64,000 bases of DNA from Marsupella aquatica. Taxonomy: Eukaryota > Plantae > Marchantiophyta. Positions within the stretch are counted from its first letter, which is position 1. Each line of letters begins with the position of its first letter. A program made the translations under genes and the position numbers. The stretch spans positions 3,115,416 to 3,179,415 of the forward strand of contig OZ316897.1 of the NCBI GenBank assembly GCA_973895155.1. The letters run 5' to 3'. A model generated the notes under the pieces. The model was not told where the DNA came from, searched no databases, and was given only the letters and a program-made list of their open reading frames with translations. Shown piece by piece: positions 52,975 to 64,000 of the stretch.

Positions 52975-53072
52975 TAAAGGTGACAAAGGTTCTTCCTCAT
53001 GGAATACAGAATCCGATAAATTTATCGACAACTCCATTTGGTGATTGACATGATCCTAACGAGCACACGCAA

Positions 53073-56000
53073 CTAATCTAATAACATGTCGTTGAGATCA
53101 TCCTCATTTGGTGTTCTGGGAGGCTCTTCCTCAGTTTCTTCTTGTTCCTCTTCGGTCTCCTTCACGACCTCAATTACATAAGTCGATGTCCCGAGAACAC
53201 CCAATTGGCCTGCAATTGGTGGTTGAATCTCATGACCTTCAACGCCGTGCCCTTCAATCTGGGATTCTTCATATAAATTCCAATTTGACTCTAGAATCAT
53301 GATCCGGGATTTCACAAAATCAATCTGCGCAGAACTCTTATCAACAGCACAACCCTAGCGAGAATTGAGGAGCGTAGCAGCTAATGTCGATCCGGTTCCA
53401 CAACAAAGATCAATAACCCAATCCTCTTTCTCAGAGAAATGGGAAACAAACCAAGCCTCCAAACCAACAGGCTTCTAATACGGGTTCACAACAAATCCCA
53501 ACGGATCAACGGACTTCTTGGTTACACATGGAACCTTGATGATATTGACGCGAGACTCATCCGGTTAGAAATTGTACATGTCCATGTTCCGAATGCCTTC
53601 CTCGCTATAGAACCTTATCGACCAGTTCTCAAAACCCCACGCCAATCAAGCTCCAGCGGGACGCTCATGAATGTTAGTCTTCTCCCAGATTCCAGCCTCG
53701 ACCCCACAGTTGCATACACTCTCCAGTGCAGACATCACCATATGCGTTTGTTGTAGTGAATGGATCACAACAAACCTCCACTGCTTAGCGGTCATCATCT
53801 TTGAGAAACTTGTCAACATGTCTAAAATTTCCTTTTCTGTGAAGGCTACTTCATCAAACTCCAAACTAGGAGCATTAAAACCATACGGAATATCCGCAAC
53901 CGCAAGGGTGTAAGCCCTTGGCTGAACAAAAGAATCCAAAATTTGAACATCACCAACATGGAGATAGTAGGGAAAAGAATCCCCGTCTGCATTTTTCCAT
54001 GTTTGTTCAAACGCTTCTGCTATGCCCTCGCCTAAGGACCTCAGCCGATTGTACTTATCGATTGCAGCAAGCACAAAATTCTTAAACACATAAGGGATTT
54101 CAGCTGAGGGAACAATAACCTCCCCCGCAGAATTATAAGTGACAGCCGGAACCACTTTGCTTTTCCTTTTTGAATTAATCTTCAGCTGTAAAAATGTCAG
54201 ACACATCTACAGTTAGAATAGCGTGAGATGAATGCTAAAGCCGATAAAAATCTCGCGATGGAGCACGCTAGCCGATAGATGGAATCGCTTAGAAACCAAC
54301 AAAGGAATGCTAAAGCCGATAAAAATCTCACGATGGAGCACGCTAGCTGATAGATGCAATCGCTTAGAAACCAACAAAGGAATGCTAAAGCCGATAAAAA
54401 TCTCGCAATGGAGCACGCTAGCTAATAGATGCAATCGCTTAGAAACCAACAAAGGAATGCTAAAGCCGATAAAAATCTCATGATAGAGCATGCTATGAGA
54501 GGATGCTTACCGCGTCACTCAATTTCTCCGCCCATATGCCAAGGACCGAGACATCTGTTTCGTTGGGAAACATTTCTCTGCATGTTGCCCAATCTGGCTG
54601 ACCAGATATCTGCAAAAATAGTTTCTTCACCTTGGCAAGCTTTTTCAACTTCTCACCTTCCTTGTGCATTTGATCCAAACTGATCACCTTCCCGATAACC
54701 CTATTCAAGAGACGCTTGACATGCTCCTTATTTGACAGTCCTTGGAGACCTCAAAATGAATTTAAGTTGAGGTCCCCAGCAAGTTTATTCATTTTAATCT
54801 CCCTTACCGTCAAAGGTTTTACCTTTCCCTTTGCGTTCGTCGTTGCCACAATTTTTTTGGGTTGTCCTAAGACAATACCTTTCTCCCACATCTGGAAAAT
54901 CTGCTCCTGAAGATCCCAAATTTCACCTGTTCGAAAAGCAATTTGGAAAGCCGGATCATGTTTGGCCATGGAGTCACGAACTCCTGGCGTGTACTCCATC
55001 ATGCATTCTTGACAACATGCTTCGCGGACATCTTTAGTCGAGCCCACACCCATTTCAAGGAAAATATTGTGACAAGCGCGAACTTGGTCAATTTTAGTCA
55101 TGTTCTTCCGATACTCCTGGTCATAGTTATGCTGGAAGCCTAACTTTCGGACCTCGGATCTCGTAAGCCCAGCATAAACCCAAGCTTCCAGCTCACCATA
55201 TATTTGCAATCCGTACATTTTAAACAACTCGGACTTTGCCCGAGCACCATGATTCCCTCCAATAATTCTATACTTCCATACCCTTGACTTCAGGATGTCC
55301 CAATCTATGGTTGTGGGACAATCCTTTGGATCCACACACAGCACGAATGGGGCACTGAAGTTGGTGGGGTTTTTCATGAGAAGTATCTTGATATTTTCCA
55401 CATGCAATCTATCCACTGGTCTAATCAAAGTTGACAAATCCCCCTCCTCATCAAATATGAGATTGTCAACATGCAGAAGCACAGTTGTCCTTTGCACCCT
55501 TCGTTGCATCAGAAGACTGAGCTCTGCCTTGATCACGTCCGTCTCATACATTGAAAGAGCCGTCTCCTCCTCCTGATCAGCCTACAAAAGCGTTGCAAAT
55601 TCAATTAAGGAAAGAAACTGCGAGATTTTATCGGAGTTCGCATTTGTTCAACATAACTCCACAATCCGCAATTCAGGAAATAAACAGCGAGATTTTTATC
55701 GGATTTCATATTTGTTAAATAGTACAACGACGTAGTACTTACCAATGGCGCCGCAGGAACCGCGACTGGAACTGATGGAATTGACGGAGCTCTATCTACT
55801 TCTGCAGCCACCATCTTAGTCCAGCCAATCCTCTTCCTCTTTGTGCTAAGTCCAGAACCAGATGGCCCGGATCCCTCAGATCCTTTACTTTCGCTTGGTT
55901 TAACGGATGGTCCTCGATGGTTGCCCCGGCCTCTCCCACCGTCAGAGGTTCCCGCGGCATCTCCCCTGCCGCTACCTCTCCCTTTCCCTCTTCCACTTCC

Positions 56001-56682
56001 CAAAACCCGACCAGAAGTTGTAGGTTCGTCCACGTCAATATGTGTAGAGGATTGCAATGGTTCTTTCCGCCCCGACATTTTATCGGCATTAGAACCACCG
56101 CTGCCACTTGAACCTGGTTTCTTGAAAACAATTTTGCGGACAGGTTTGAACTCTTCACCCACAAGTCTCTTGTACTCTGCGTTCACCCTTGGAAGCATGA
56201 TGACATCACAATCTTGCACATACTGGCCGATCCAAGCCGAACCCATAACATTCATCTCTCTTGCTGCCCGAACTTTGGCAACAAGGGGATCTTCTGGATA
56301 ACTATCCATCGATTTCTTATCAAAGTTATCGAGAGTAACAATGAGAGATGTGAAACCCTTGCGCCCACACATTGTCAAGAAACTAAGGCCCTCTGTCAAC
56401 ACTTTTCCCTCCCCGTGGCCAACCATGAACTCGACGACGGCAACAGCAATGACAGGGCCATACGAAACATTAACCTTCGCCGATTTTTGCAATTGGACCC
56501 AAAGGATTGGGGTAGCACAATCTTCGAAACCCGTGGACTGTAATCTGGCATCACGGAAGTACCATGACTTCTTGATACACTTTACCTCTTCACAAATGTC
56601 TTCACTCGTCCAAATTGCATTGGTGAGGCTTGTCATGAGACTTTCTGCCTCAGCAGATCCACTCTTTCCACTAGCAGCCATG
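53073..56682 (-). pseudogene. ParB-like + beta-class amino-methyltransferase fusion gene of element B; introns about 55582-55740 and 54186-54510
   Basis: IRPVDRLHVENIK...YRIIGGNHGARA; AVADIPYG; NPY*KP...WVIDLCCGTG (about 53390-53480, read manually); phase-0 intron LSDA|LKIN; acidic tail. Confidence 0.87.
54230..54490. repeat. 75-bp tandem array (3+ units) with CGATAAAAATCTCG sites in the ParB-MTase intron of B
   Basis: ccgataaaaatctc at 54241, 54316, 54391 and 54466. Confidence 0.95.
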
Positions 56683-56917
56683 GCAAAGTCTGCAAATAAA
56701 CAAATTCCAATGCAAAGAGCGATAAAATTATTGCCGCCAATCTCACAACACATGTGGACACGACATCTCATCACACAAGGACAAAGAGACCCGCAATGCA
56801 AATGACCGATAAAATTATCGCAAAAGTGAGCCTTCTTTAAATTGACGGCAGAGTGTACAGGTCGAAGAATCAGCTACAGAACCCTAAATCCAAAACCTTA
56901 ACCCCTAAACCTAAACC

Positions 56918-57570
56918 CTAATCATAGTTGAACCTCACCAGAGCGAAGCGTTCGATCCGCTTCTTGGGCCATTGGGGAATATGAGTGACGCGATGATCAT
57001 AAGCCCACAGCCAATGGAAATCAACTTCACCAGTCTCAGGATTCACTACTGCTACTGAATACCGGCGTGACGGAATGTCACAACAAGCATTTGTGCAGCA
57101 TGGACAGATCTCACCATTGGCAAGGACGTTCGTCCACAGGCAACTTACATAGATCAAGTTAAAGAGCGCACAGACCGGCTGGGGGGGAGTTGACGAATCT
57201 TGTATGAATATAGTTTCCCACCAGTGTCAATAAAAAACTCGGTGGCAAGAGGATTGTCCAGCTCGTCAATCACATCCTGAATCTCATCGAATGCTCTACG
57301 TCTGTTGTCGGCATAGAATTCTGGCTCATAAGCAGGATTGCCCTTCACAACATGACAGCAGTGGAGTATAAAATGTCTTACTGCACCGGTTTTCAGAAAG
57401 AGTAGGATAACTCTTCTAGAAAATCTAACATATCTATCCCACCGAATATAAATTTCTCCCCCTACCTGATCTACGTAGAAGTGAAATGCGTTATGGTAAA
57501 ACGGTTTTACTACCAGCCTGCATATCTTTAAAATTAGTGACTCATCCAGCCTCCTTAGCTGGTCCAGCAT
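56918..57570 (-). CDS. Two small overlapping cargo ORFs of unknown function (57154-57570, 138 aa; 56918-57157, Cys-rich)
   Basis: Open, protein-like ORFs co-oriented with the cargo cluster; no recognised family. Confidence 0.4.
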
Positions 57571-57945
57571 GGCTCCATTCCCCCATTCTGGAGGATCCGG
57601 GTAGGGTACAAAAATGCGTCACTCGAGCATGGCCTGATCACCGAATAGAAATCAGGAATAAATTTTGGAGAACATACTAATTACAATTCTACAAGTTTCA
57701 TCCAACTTTACAGTACCTTGTATAATGGGCTGTGAAGCCAATGCACTTGTCAGCTAATCATCCGAAGAGGCGCAAACAAATACACTCTGGACCACACAAC
57801 CCGAAGTCAGGGGAGGCAGAGTCAATTACATTCAAAGTATTTCTTTACAAGCTCTTCTCGAGCAAACCTTAGAGCACCCAAAATCGACTAGAGGAATGAG
57901 GAGTGCGATAAATTTATCGGATGTTCGCAGCAATGCCTCATCCAC

Positions 57946-58494
57946 TCAGACTCGTCCATGCCATGCAAGAATTGTCCGCTTCCCGCTTTCTCCAAGATTT
58001 ATCCAAACTCTACGAAACTGATCTAACTGCTCATACGAAAAACACCCAAGCATATCTATGGGAGGGAGGAAATGAGTTTCCTCTCGGAAGACCCTAGCAA
58101 TATGTATGTTTGAGAGAAGGTCGGCATTAGGAATGCTTGCGAGCATTTTGTTTATGTCATTGATCTCACGAACTGCATATTTCAATAGCACCCAAAATCG
58201 TGTACCAACAACAAGATGGTTCCATTTCTTTGAGGTGGCTCCAAGACAAATGATTGTTCTCATTCGAGTCAGTCGTTCTTCTGGTAGAAGTTTTAGGTCA
58301 AGGCCAAGGTGTTCATCTTGTGTGCAAGACAAGGCTAGGAGGGGCCAAATGTGAGATTCAACGAGTTGATCGGGAAGTCCATTCAACAAACTTCCGCATT
58401 CCACATCGGGCATTTTTCCTCGAATATATTTCCTACGCTCGTGGGCTAAAACGGATCCCATCTTTGCAACGATTAGATTCTCTGATGCAGCCAT
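57946..58494 (-). CDS. F-box-like cargo protein of element B (182 aa, open)
   Basis: LLNGLPDQLVESHIWPLL...LGATSKKWNHLV...FW resembles an F-box with an insertion; conserved with element A. Confidence 0.6.
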   Translation of the reverse strand: MAASENLIVAKMGSVLAHERRKYIRGKMPDVECGSLLNGLPDQLVESHIWPLLALSCTQDEHLGLDLKLLPEERLTRMRTIICLGATSKKWNHLVVGTRFWVLLKYAVREINDINKMLASIPNADLLSNIHIARVFREETHFLPPIDMLGCFSYEQLDQFRRVWINLGESGKRTILAWHGRV

Positions 58495-58649
58495 GAAGTA
58501 GAGCTACCAAAACCACCAATAAAAATACCTTCAATCACCAGGTGTAACCAAACACATCCACAGTACCAACCCTGCATGACAGTTTAACGATTAGGACTCG
58601 TGACGTATTATATTCGCTGCGCAAGGGTAGGACTTGTTTATTTAAATAT

Positions 58650-59050
58650 GTCCTTACAAGACGCGCCTCAATGAAAAGGTCGAAACACTCATCGTGAAAG
58701 GTTCACCCAAGGGTCTTCGTTCCAAATCTTACAACAGAAGTGAGCCTGTTTGTGGTACTTGTTGTCAAGACGACGACAACAATAGTTACAAGAAAACTCC
58801 AAAGAATGTAAACACGCCGTTAACATCAACCTCGAACAAATTGGAACTCCTGCATCATTCATTCCGCAGAATTCAATGCGGAGAGATTCTGCCTATCTCC
58901 AGGATCAGTACCACCCATCCACAATGCTCCTATACCGATGGGGAGAACTTTGAGTCGCACGAGTCTCTTGTACAACCGGTGTGCACGTTTGACATGATTT
59001 TCAATGAAGACAGCCATTTGTCACAATACCTGTTGTCCACGGAGTGCAAT
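58650..59050 (-). pseudogene. ORF-X homolog in element B
   Basis: Manual translation gives HVKRAHRLYKRLVRLKVLPIGIGALWMGGTDP, versus HARRLYKRLVALKVLRPGLGALWTGGVDP in A. Confidence 0.65.
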
Positions 59051-60115
59051 CAACCTTCCGTTGTGCCTCCTAAACCCGGCAACATTGCGACATCAAAGAT
59101 GAAGATGAGTCTCCAAACAAAACAAAGGAAAATGATTCTCACAGGAGGATGCGATAAGTTTATCGCACTCCGCATTCGAATTGAAAATATGACTTCCTCA
59201 AACACCTAAGCCCTGAATTCAATCTTTCACAAAAATGACAACTCCGATAAATTTATCGGATTCTCCATTACTCCTCTTTCCATGAAAGGAATGAAGACTC
59301 CGATAAATTTATCGGAATGAAGGCAACACCTCTCTAAACACTGGATCAAATGATTGCAACAGAGGAATGCAGAATGCGATAAATTTATCGCAGTCCGCTC
59401 GGATCTGGACATTTTACACTAAATGACTAGTTAGTCTTACATGGAGAACTTGAACAGGAATGGCTGTTCCGATAAATTTATCGGGTTTTTGGTAGAAAGA
59501 GTCGAATCGCTTGGGAGGAATGTAAGACTCGATGGGAGTTTGGTATTCGCTCTCAGTCAGGAGATATTTGCTCTGGCGAAAGCAAACGTTTTATGGGCAG
59601 CCTGCTCCTCTTTATATAGGAGACGCTCTAAACCATGGTTAATTTCCCCTTAACCATGGTTAAGTTTCCCCTTTACCTGGGTTAGTGCGTGGTCATTCCT
59701 GGATTACGCGGTTCGGACCAAGTTACTCGCAGTTCAGACTTTTTCACTGACGGAATGTAAAACCCGATGCACGTATCGCTCCCTGCATTCCCGCGGCGAT
59801 GCAATGGAGGAAAGTGGCGTTTCAGAGAGTTTTTGCCAGTTTTATCGGTCATTGCATTGCCTTAGAAAAAAATGGGATCGGGCTAAACGAGAACTCCGAC
59901 ACACTTCTCGGTCGGTCCGAAATCGTGTTTAAGTAAATTAGATAATTAGATGACAAACATCCCTACGGCAGCATTTCTCGTTCACACACACACAAAAGGG
60001 GAGTCGTCACAGGCAAAAAACAGAAAACCATAGAATCTATAATTGGTACTGTGTGTGTGAATCACTCCATACCATACCATGATAAATCTCATTGTTTTAT
60101 TTAAATTAGTGAGTG

Positions 60116-60700
60116 CTCGGGGGGGGGCTCGGGGGGTCACTTCCATGGAAGTGGCATATCATGTGCGACGAAGTATAGGGCCATTTAAATGGTTTTGGCG
60201 GAAAACTTATTAAGTCTTCTATGGAAATATAGGGTTGTTTAATTGCAAAATGCATACATGTCATCACATGATTGGTGCCGTACAACTTTCTAGAAAGTGA
60301 CTTAGGGGGGCCATAAATGACCCAAACCGTTGCACGTGATGTATGACCCTTCATAAAGTGACCCCCCCGAGGGGGGGGGGTCACTATATGGAGGGCCATA
60401 CATCGCGTGCTACGTTTTAGGGTTTGACCCCCCTAACTTTTAAGTGAATTTTGTTTTTTTGCAAAACCCTTTCTTTCTTTAAATTTTGTTATTTTCTACT
60501 AAAAAACCCCCTAAAAACATTAAAGAAACTAAGTATTTTTTATAATTAAATAGGCCTATGTGTTTTTTAAAGTCAACTAGTCAATAAAACATGCCCTATG
60601 TGTTCTTCCACCAAACTTTGAAAGTCTTCTGTCACACCCATTTAAATGGGCCTATACTTCGTCGCACATGATGTGTCATTTCCGTGGAAGTGACCCCCCC
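60116..60700. mobile_element. MITE-in-MITE: inner copy 60128-60371 inserted in the G-run of the TIR of an oppositely oriented relative
   Basis: Inner ctcggggggtcactt...aagtgacccccccgag is flanked by G-runs; outer flanks are agtgagtg / agtgaatg. Confidence 0.75.
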
Positions 60701-61348
60701 AGTGAATGCACCCCTTATATTAGCGCATGATTCTGAGGGTGTGATTAATGTCAGGGCATTTGCATTAGGTCGCGCTACTCTAGTCTGGATATAGCATGCT
60801 CATCCTGGAACATGCTTGAGTTTTTGTCTTGTAGTGATTTGAAAGTAAATAAAATATGAAAACATAACTAGAAGGATTGGTGCACAGTGACCAATGAAAA
60901 GTACAATCAAGGATGCTACTATGTGTGCACTTAATTCAATGTCCTCATGAATGACACTCATTTCAATAAAAACCATAAACTTAGGAAAGAACGACATGAG
61001 GTGAACTTAAGACACAATCAGAATCATTTCTCTCATTCATGAGAATGTTCAAGTGGTGGAGTCGTTCATCTCATCTCTAATAAATCACAAACATTAAAAT
61101 TTATAACAAAATAAGTTCAAAATACTTTAGAATACTAATAATTAAAGGGGCCCATAAATTAATTAAAAATGTATATGATACACAGGCTGCCCCTTGATAA
61201 GGCACATTGAAATAAAAAGATATGATATCAAAACTCTGACTAAGACAAACTCTGAAAGGTGGATTCTCCATATTAGCAGTTTTTCACTTGCATTAGGTCG
61301 CGCTACTCTAGTCTGGATTACCGGAAGTCAGGCCACTACATTATTTTG

Positions 61349-62853
61349 GAGAGATATACTTAGTGGACCTCCAAATGCAACTTTTTCTCTTAATGGACCA
61401 AAGTTGCACACGCCCTCCCAATGGACCTCCGGGCCCACCAGAGGTGCCATTTCGTGTGAGATGTTCTTCTAACACATTGTGCAGTTCTTAAAGCGTGAGA
61501 TTGTCACTGTAAAATGCAGCATGTTCTACTGTTCTTCAGTGTCCGACCGCATCGCCGAACGCGGTCGACTACTATTGCAGTTTCGAGTGAATCAATGTAT
61601 CCCACAATGTATCCATTGACCACAATGCATACAAACATGAACCGTCACTTTGGCAGGGGGGAGGGCATTTTGTAAAGTTGGAGGGACAAATTTTTTTTCT
61701 AAGTGTAAAATTTGAATACAACCTTTAAAGTGTATACATGACAAATCATATCTGTGTTGTAATACAAAAGGTTTTGATTATTTTGGGCAGGCTTCGGTGG
61801 GGGACGCCTTCGTACGTAAAGTCGGAGGGACAAAAAAGAATTCTAATTGTGAAATCCAAATGCAACGTGCAAAGTGTATACATGAAAAATCATATATGTG
61901 TGTTGTAATACAATAGGTTTTGTCCATTTGGGCAGGCTTCGGAGGGGGGCGTCTTCGTAAAGTCAGAGGGACAAAGTTTTTTTCTAAGTGTGAAATCTAA
62001 ATACAGCGTGCAAAGTGTATACGTGACAATTTATCATATTTCTATGTTGAAATACAATAGGTTTTGTCCATTTGAGCAGGCTTCTGCGGGGGGCGTCTTC
62101 GTAAAGTCGGAGGGACAATTTTTTTTCCTAAGTGTGAAAATCCGAATACAACGTGCAAAGTGTATACATGACAAAATCATATTTTTGTGTTGTAGTACTA
62201 TAAGTTTTGTCCATTAATTTTGGGAAGGCTTTGACAGGGGGGTGTCTTCGTCGTAAAGTCAGGGGGGAATGTGCATACAACATGCACATTGTATGCAAGA
62301 CACAAATATATTGTTCTATGTTGAACAGGTTTTGGTTCTGTTCATTATAGCAAGCCTTGCTGCCTGTATGTAAGGCAGGGGAGTCTTGACTTTGTTGAAG
62401 TGCGATCTTTGAATACAATGTCCACTATGTATCCAAAGTAGACGCAACCTAGAATCGTGACGTACGTGTCATTGCATGCGTAGAGTGAATACATTGACCA
62501 TGTTGTATTGTTCTAGATTGCGGCTATTGTAGTTTGAATACAATAGCCATATTGTATTCACAAAAACTAGGAAGCCATGATGTTGCAGCGCTTGATTGCG
62601 GCCAGGGCTACAACGCTTGTGGACTGCGACGTTATCGATGGCCTACTACACATGACCAACCACGATGTCCACAGGGTACGTAGTGGACCTGAACTGTGTG
62701 GTAAGGTGTTTCAGAAGAACATGCTTGTACGGAGTGGACCCAGGGGTCCATTGGGAGAGAATCTAAACGTTGGGGTCCACTGGGAGGGCGTGTACAACTT
62801 TTGGTCCATTAAGAGAAAAAGTTGCATTTGGAGGTCCACTAAGTATATATCTC
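61349..62853. mobile_element. Non-autonomous Mutator-like element (1.5 kb) with an internal array of about 143-bp repeats (61660-62270)
   Basis: About 80-bp TIRs gaga.atatacttagtggacctccaaatgcaactttttctcttaatggacc; 10-bp TSD CATTATTTTG. Confidence 0.9.
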
Positions 62854-63976
62854 CATTATTTTGTTGCGGGTAGAAATCGTTTTGCAACATAATAACATGC
62901 GATTATGGGGCGAAAGATATACGCTCTGTTGTCGGGTACTGTCCTTGCAGTCACTGCTTTCAGAGCTGTCCCTGAGATGCCAACAGTTTATTTATTCCTA
63001 TTATATCACAACTTGAGCGCAGCTAAGGAATTGAGGTAGTACGCACCTGTCAAAACAAGTGACCTTCTTGTCTCATTGACCTGTGCTCGCTCTACCAACA
63101 AGTGACATAGTCAAGATGGCAAGGATTCGGTCACTCTGCTGTACTTATTTTAATATATATAAGAGCTACGCTTACTGGTGACCACCGTAGTGCAAGGCAG
63201 AATGGACACACTCCCATGTTGATAAATGTCCCACTTAGAGGCCTTTTCCCCTAGCATCAAGAACTATAATACACAGTTGTGCCACTTTTTAGAGTGGTCG
63301 TCATTCAAATTTGCAGGGCACAAAAATTAAAAAATCTGGTCAAAGGTAAGCAATAAAGCCAAAGTGTGAATTGAGTTTAGTGTGTCACAAAAAGTTGCAC
63401 AAATGCCCAAGACAAATAAGAATAATCACACTAGGCACAAAAAAAGAGTGAAAAACTTTAACACAATGCACAAGGATCAATGCACAAGGATCAAGGAGTA
63501 TACATCCATGCAAGTAAATATTGTACATATTCACATGCAAATTTGTATTGTATATATTCATTGTACATATTTCAATATTGTGTGCATCATAATTTTGTAT
63601 AATACTGGTAAGACTCCATAAAAGTAATTTAATTGCTAATAACATTTTAGTCACTATATCAATAAAAAAACTATTCTCCCAATATTTGTGGTGATTTTTA
63701 CATTCATTTGCAGTGTCATTTTTAATGCCAAAAAAACAAAAATAATAAGGCCCAAAGACATAGTGAAGCGCATGGCATGGGTGTTGATGGCAAGGTCTCA
63801 GGCGAGGGGCACAATCGCAATGTAGGGTAGCCCCTCGATCTCACATGGGTGGGGAAGGGGGCCGGTGAACGAGTGGAGTGATGGTGAATGTGAAAAAGAG
63901 AAGACCAAAAATAGGAAAAGGGGAAAAGGGGGAGGTTAAGATTTGAAAGGAACAATCTTTTTTCTTAACAATATCT

Positions 63977-64000
63977 TTTGTGCAACGCACGGGTATTTTC
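63977..64000 (+). mobile_element. Possible Helitron 3' hairpin at the window edge
   Basis: gtgcaacgcacgggtattttc resembles the common plant Helitron subterminal hairpin; the CTRR end would lie just beyond the window. Confidence 0.4.

Larger units (their letters stand above)
48349..59929. mobile_element. Element B: 11.6-kb Sola-like cargo DNA transposon, a diverged relative of A
   Basis: 25-bp TIR AACACGATTTCGGACCGA(A/C)CGAGAA; TSD TAAG at 48345-48348 and 59930-59933; same gene order as A. Confidence 0.95.

Overview
Eukaryotic land-plant genomic DNA (spliceosomal introns; probably a non-seed plant such as a fern or lycophyte, which is inference). It holds one intact host gene, a 3-exon AMT2-type ammonium transporter (1796-3825, minus strand), in a nest of transposons that can be resolved by TIRs and TSDs. 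Element A (6012-35799, AACAC...GTGTT ends, 4-bp TSD GTGG) contains a full-length Ty1/copia element (6149-12901, itself carrying a MITE) and an 11.8-kb Mutator-like element C (23366-35135, 9-bp TSD). Element B (48349-59929, AACAC...GTGTT ends, TSD TAAG) is a diverged relative of A. A and B encode a Sola-like DDD transposase plus an opposite-strand cargo cluster: a Cys-rich ORF, an F-box-like ORF and a spliced ParB-like + beta-class amino-methyltransferase (N6A/N4C-type) fusion; A also has a Ulp1 fragment. The unrelated MULE C carries its own ParB-like + degenerate MTase gene. Each of the three elements is studded, mostly in introns and intergenic DNA, with roughly 15-25 copies of its own palindrome: A GGGATAC-N3-GTATCCC, B CGATAAATTTATCG, C AGCGCC-N-GGCGCT. 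This suggests a ParB/parS-like self-recognition and DNA-modification system carried by transposons. That function is inference, and all TE copies here are decayed (stops, frameshifts). The rest is MITEs, a non-autonomous MULE, tandem arrays and unassigned TE fragments.
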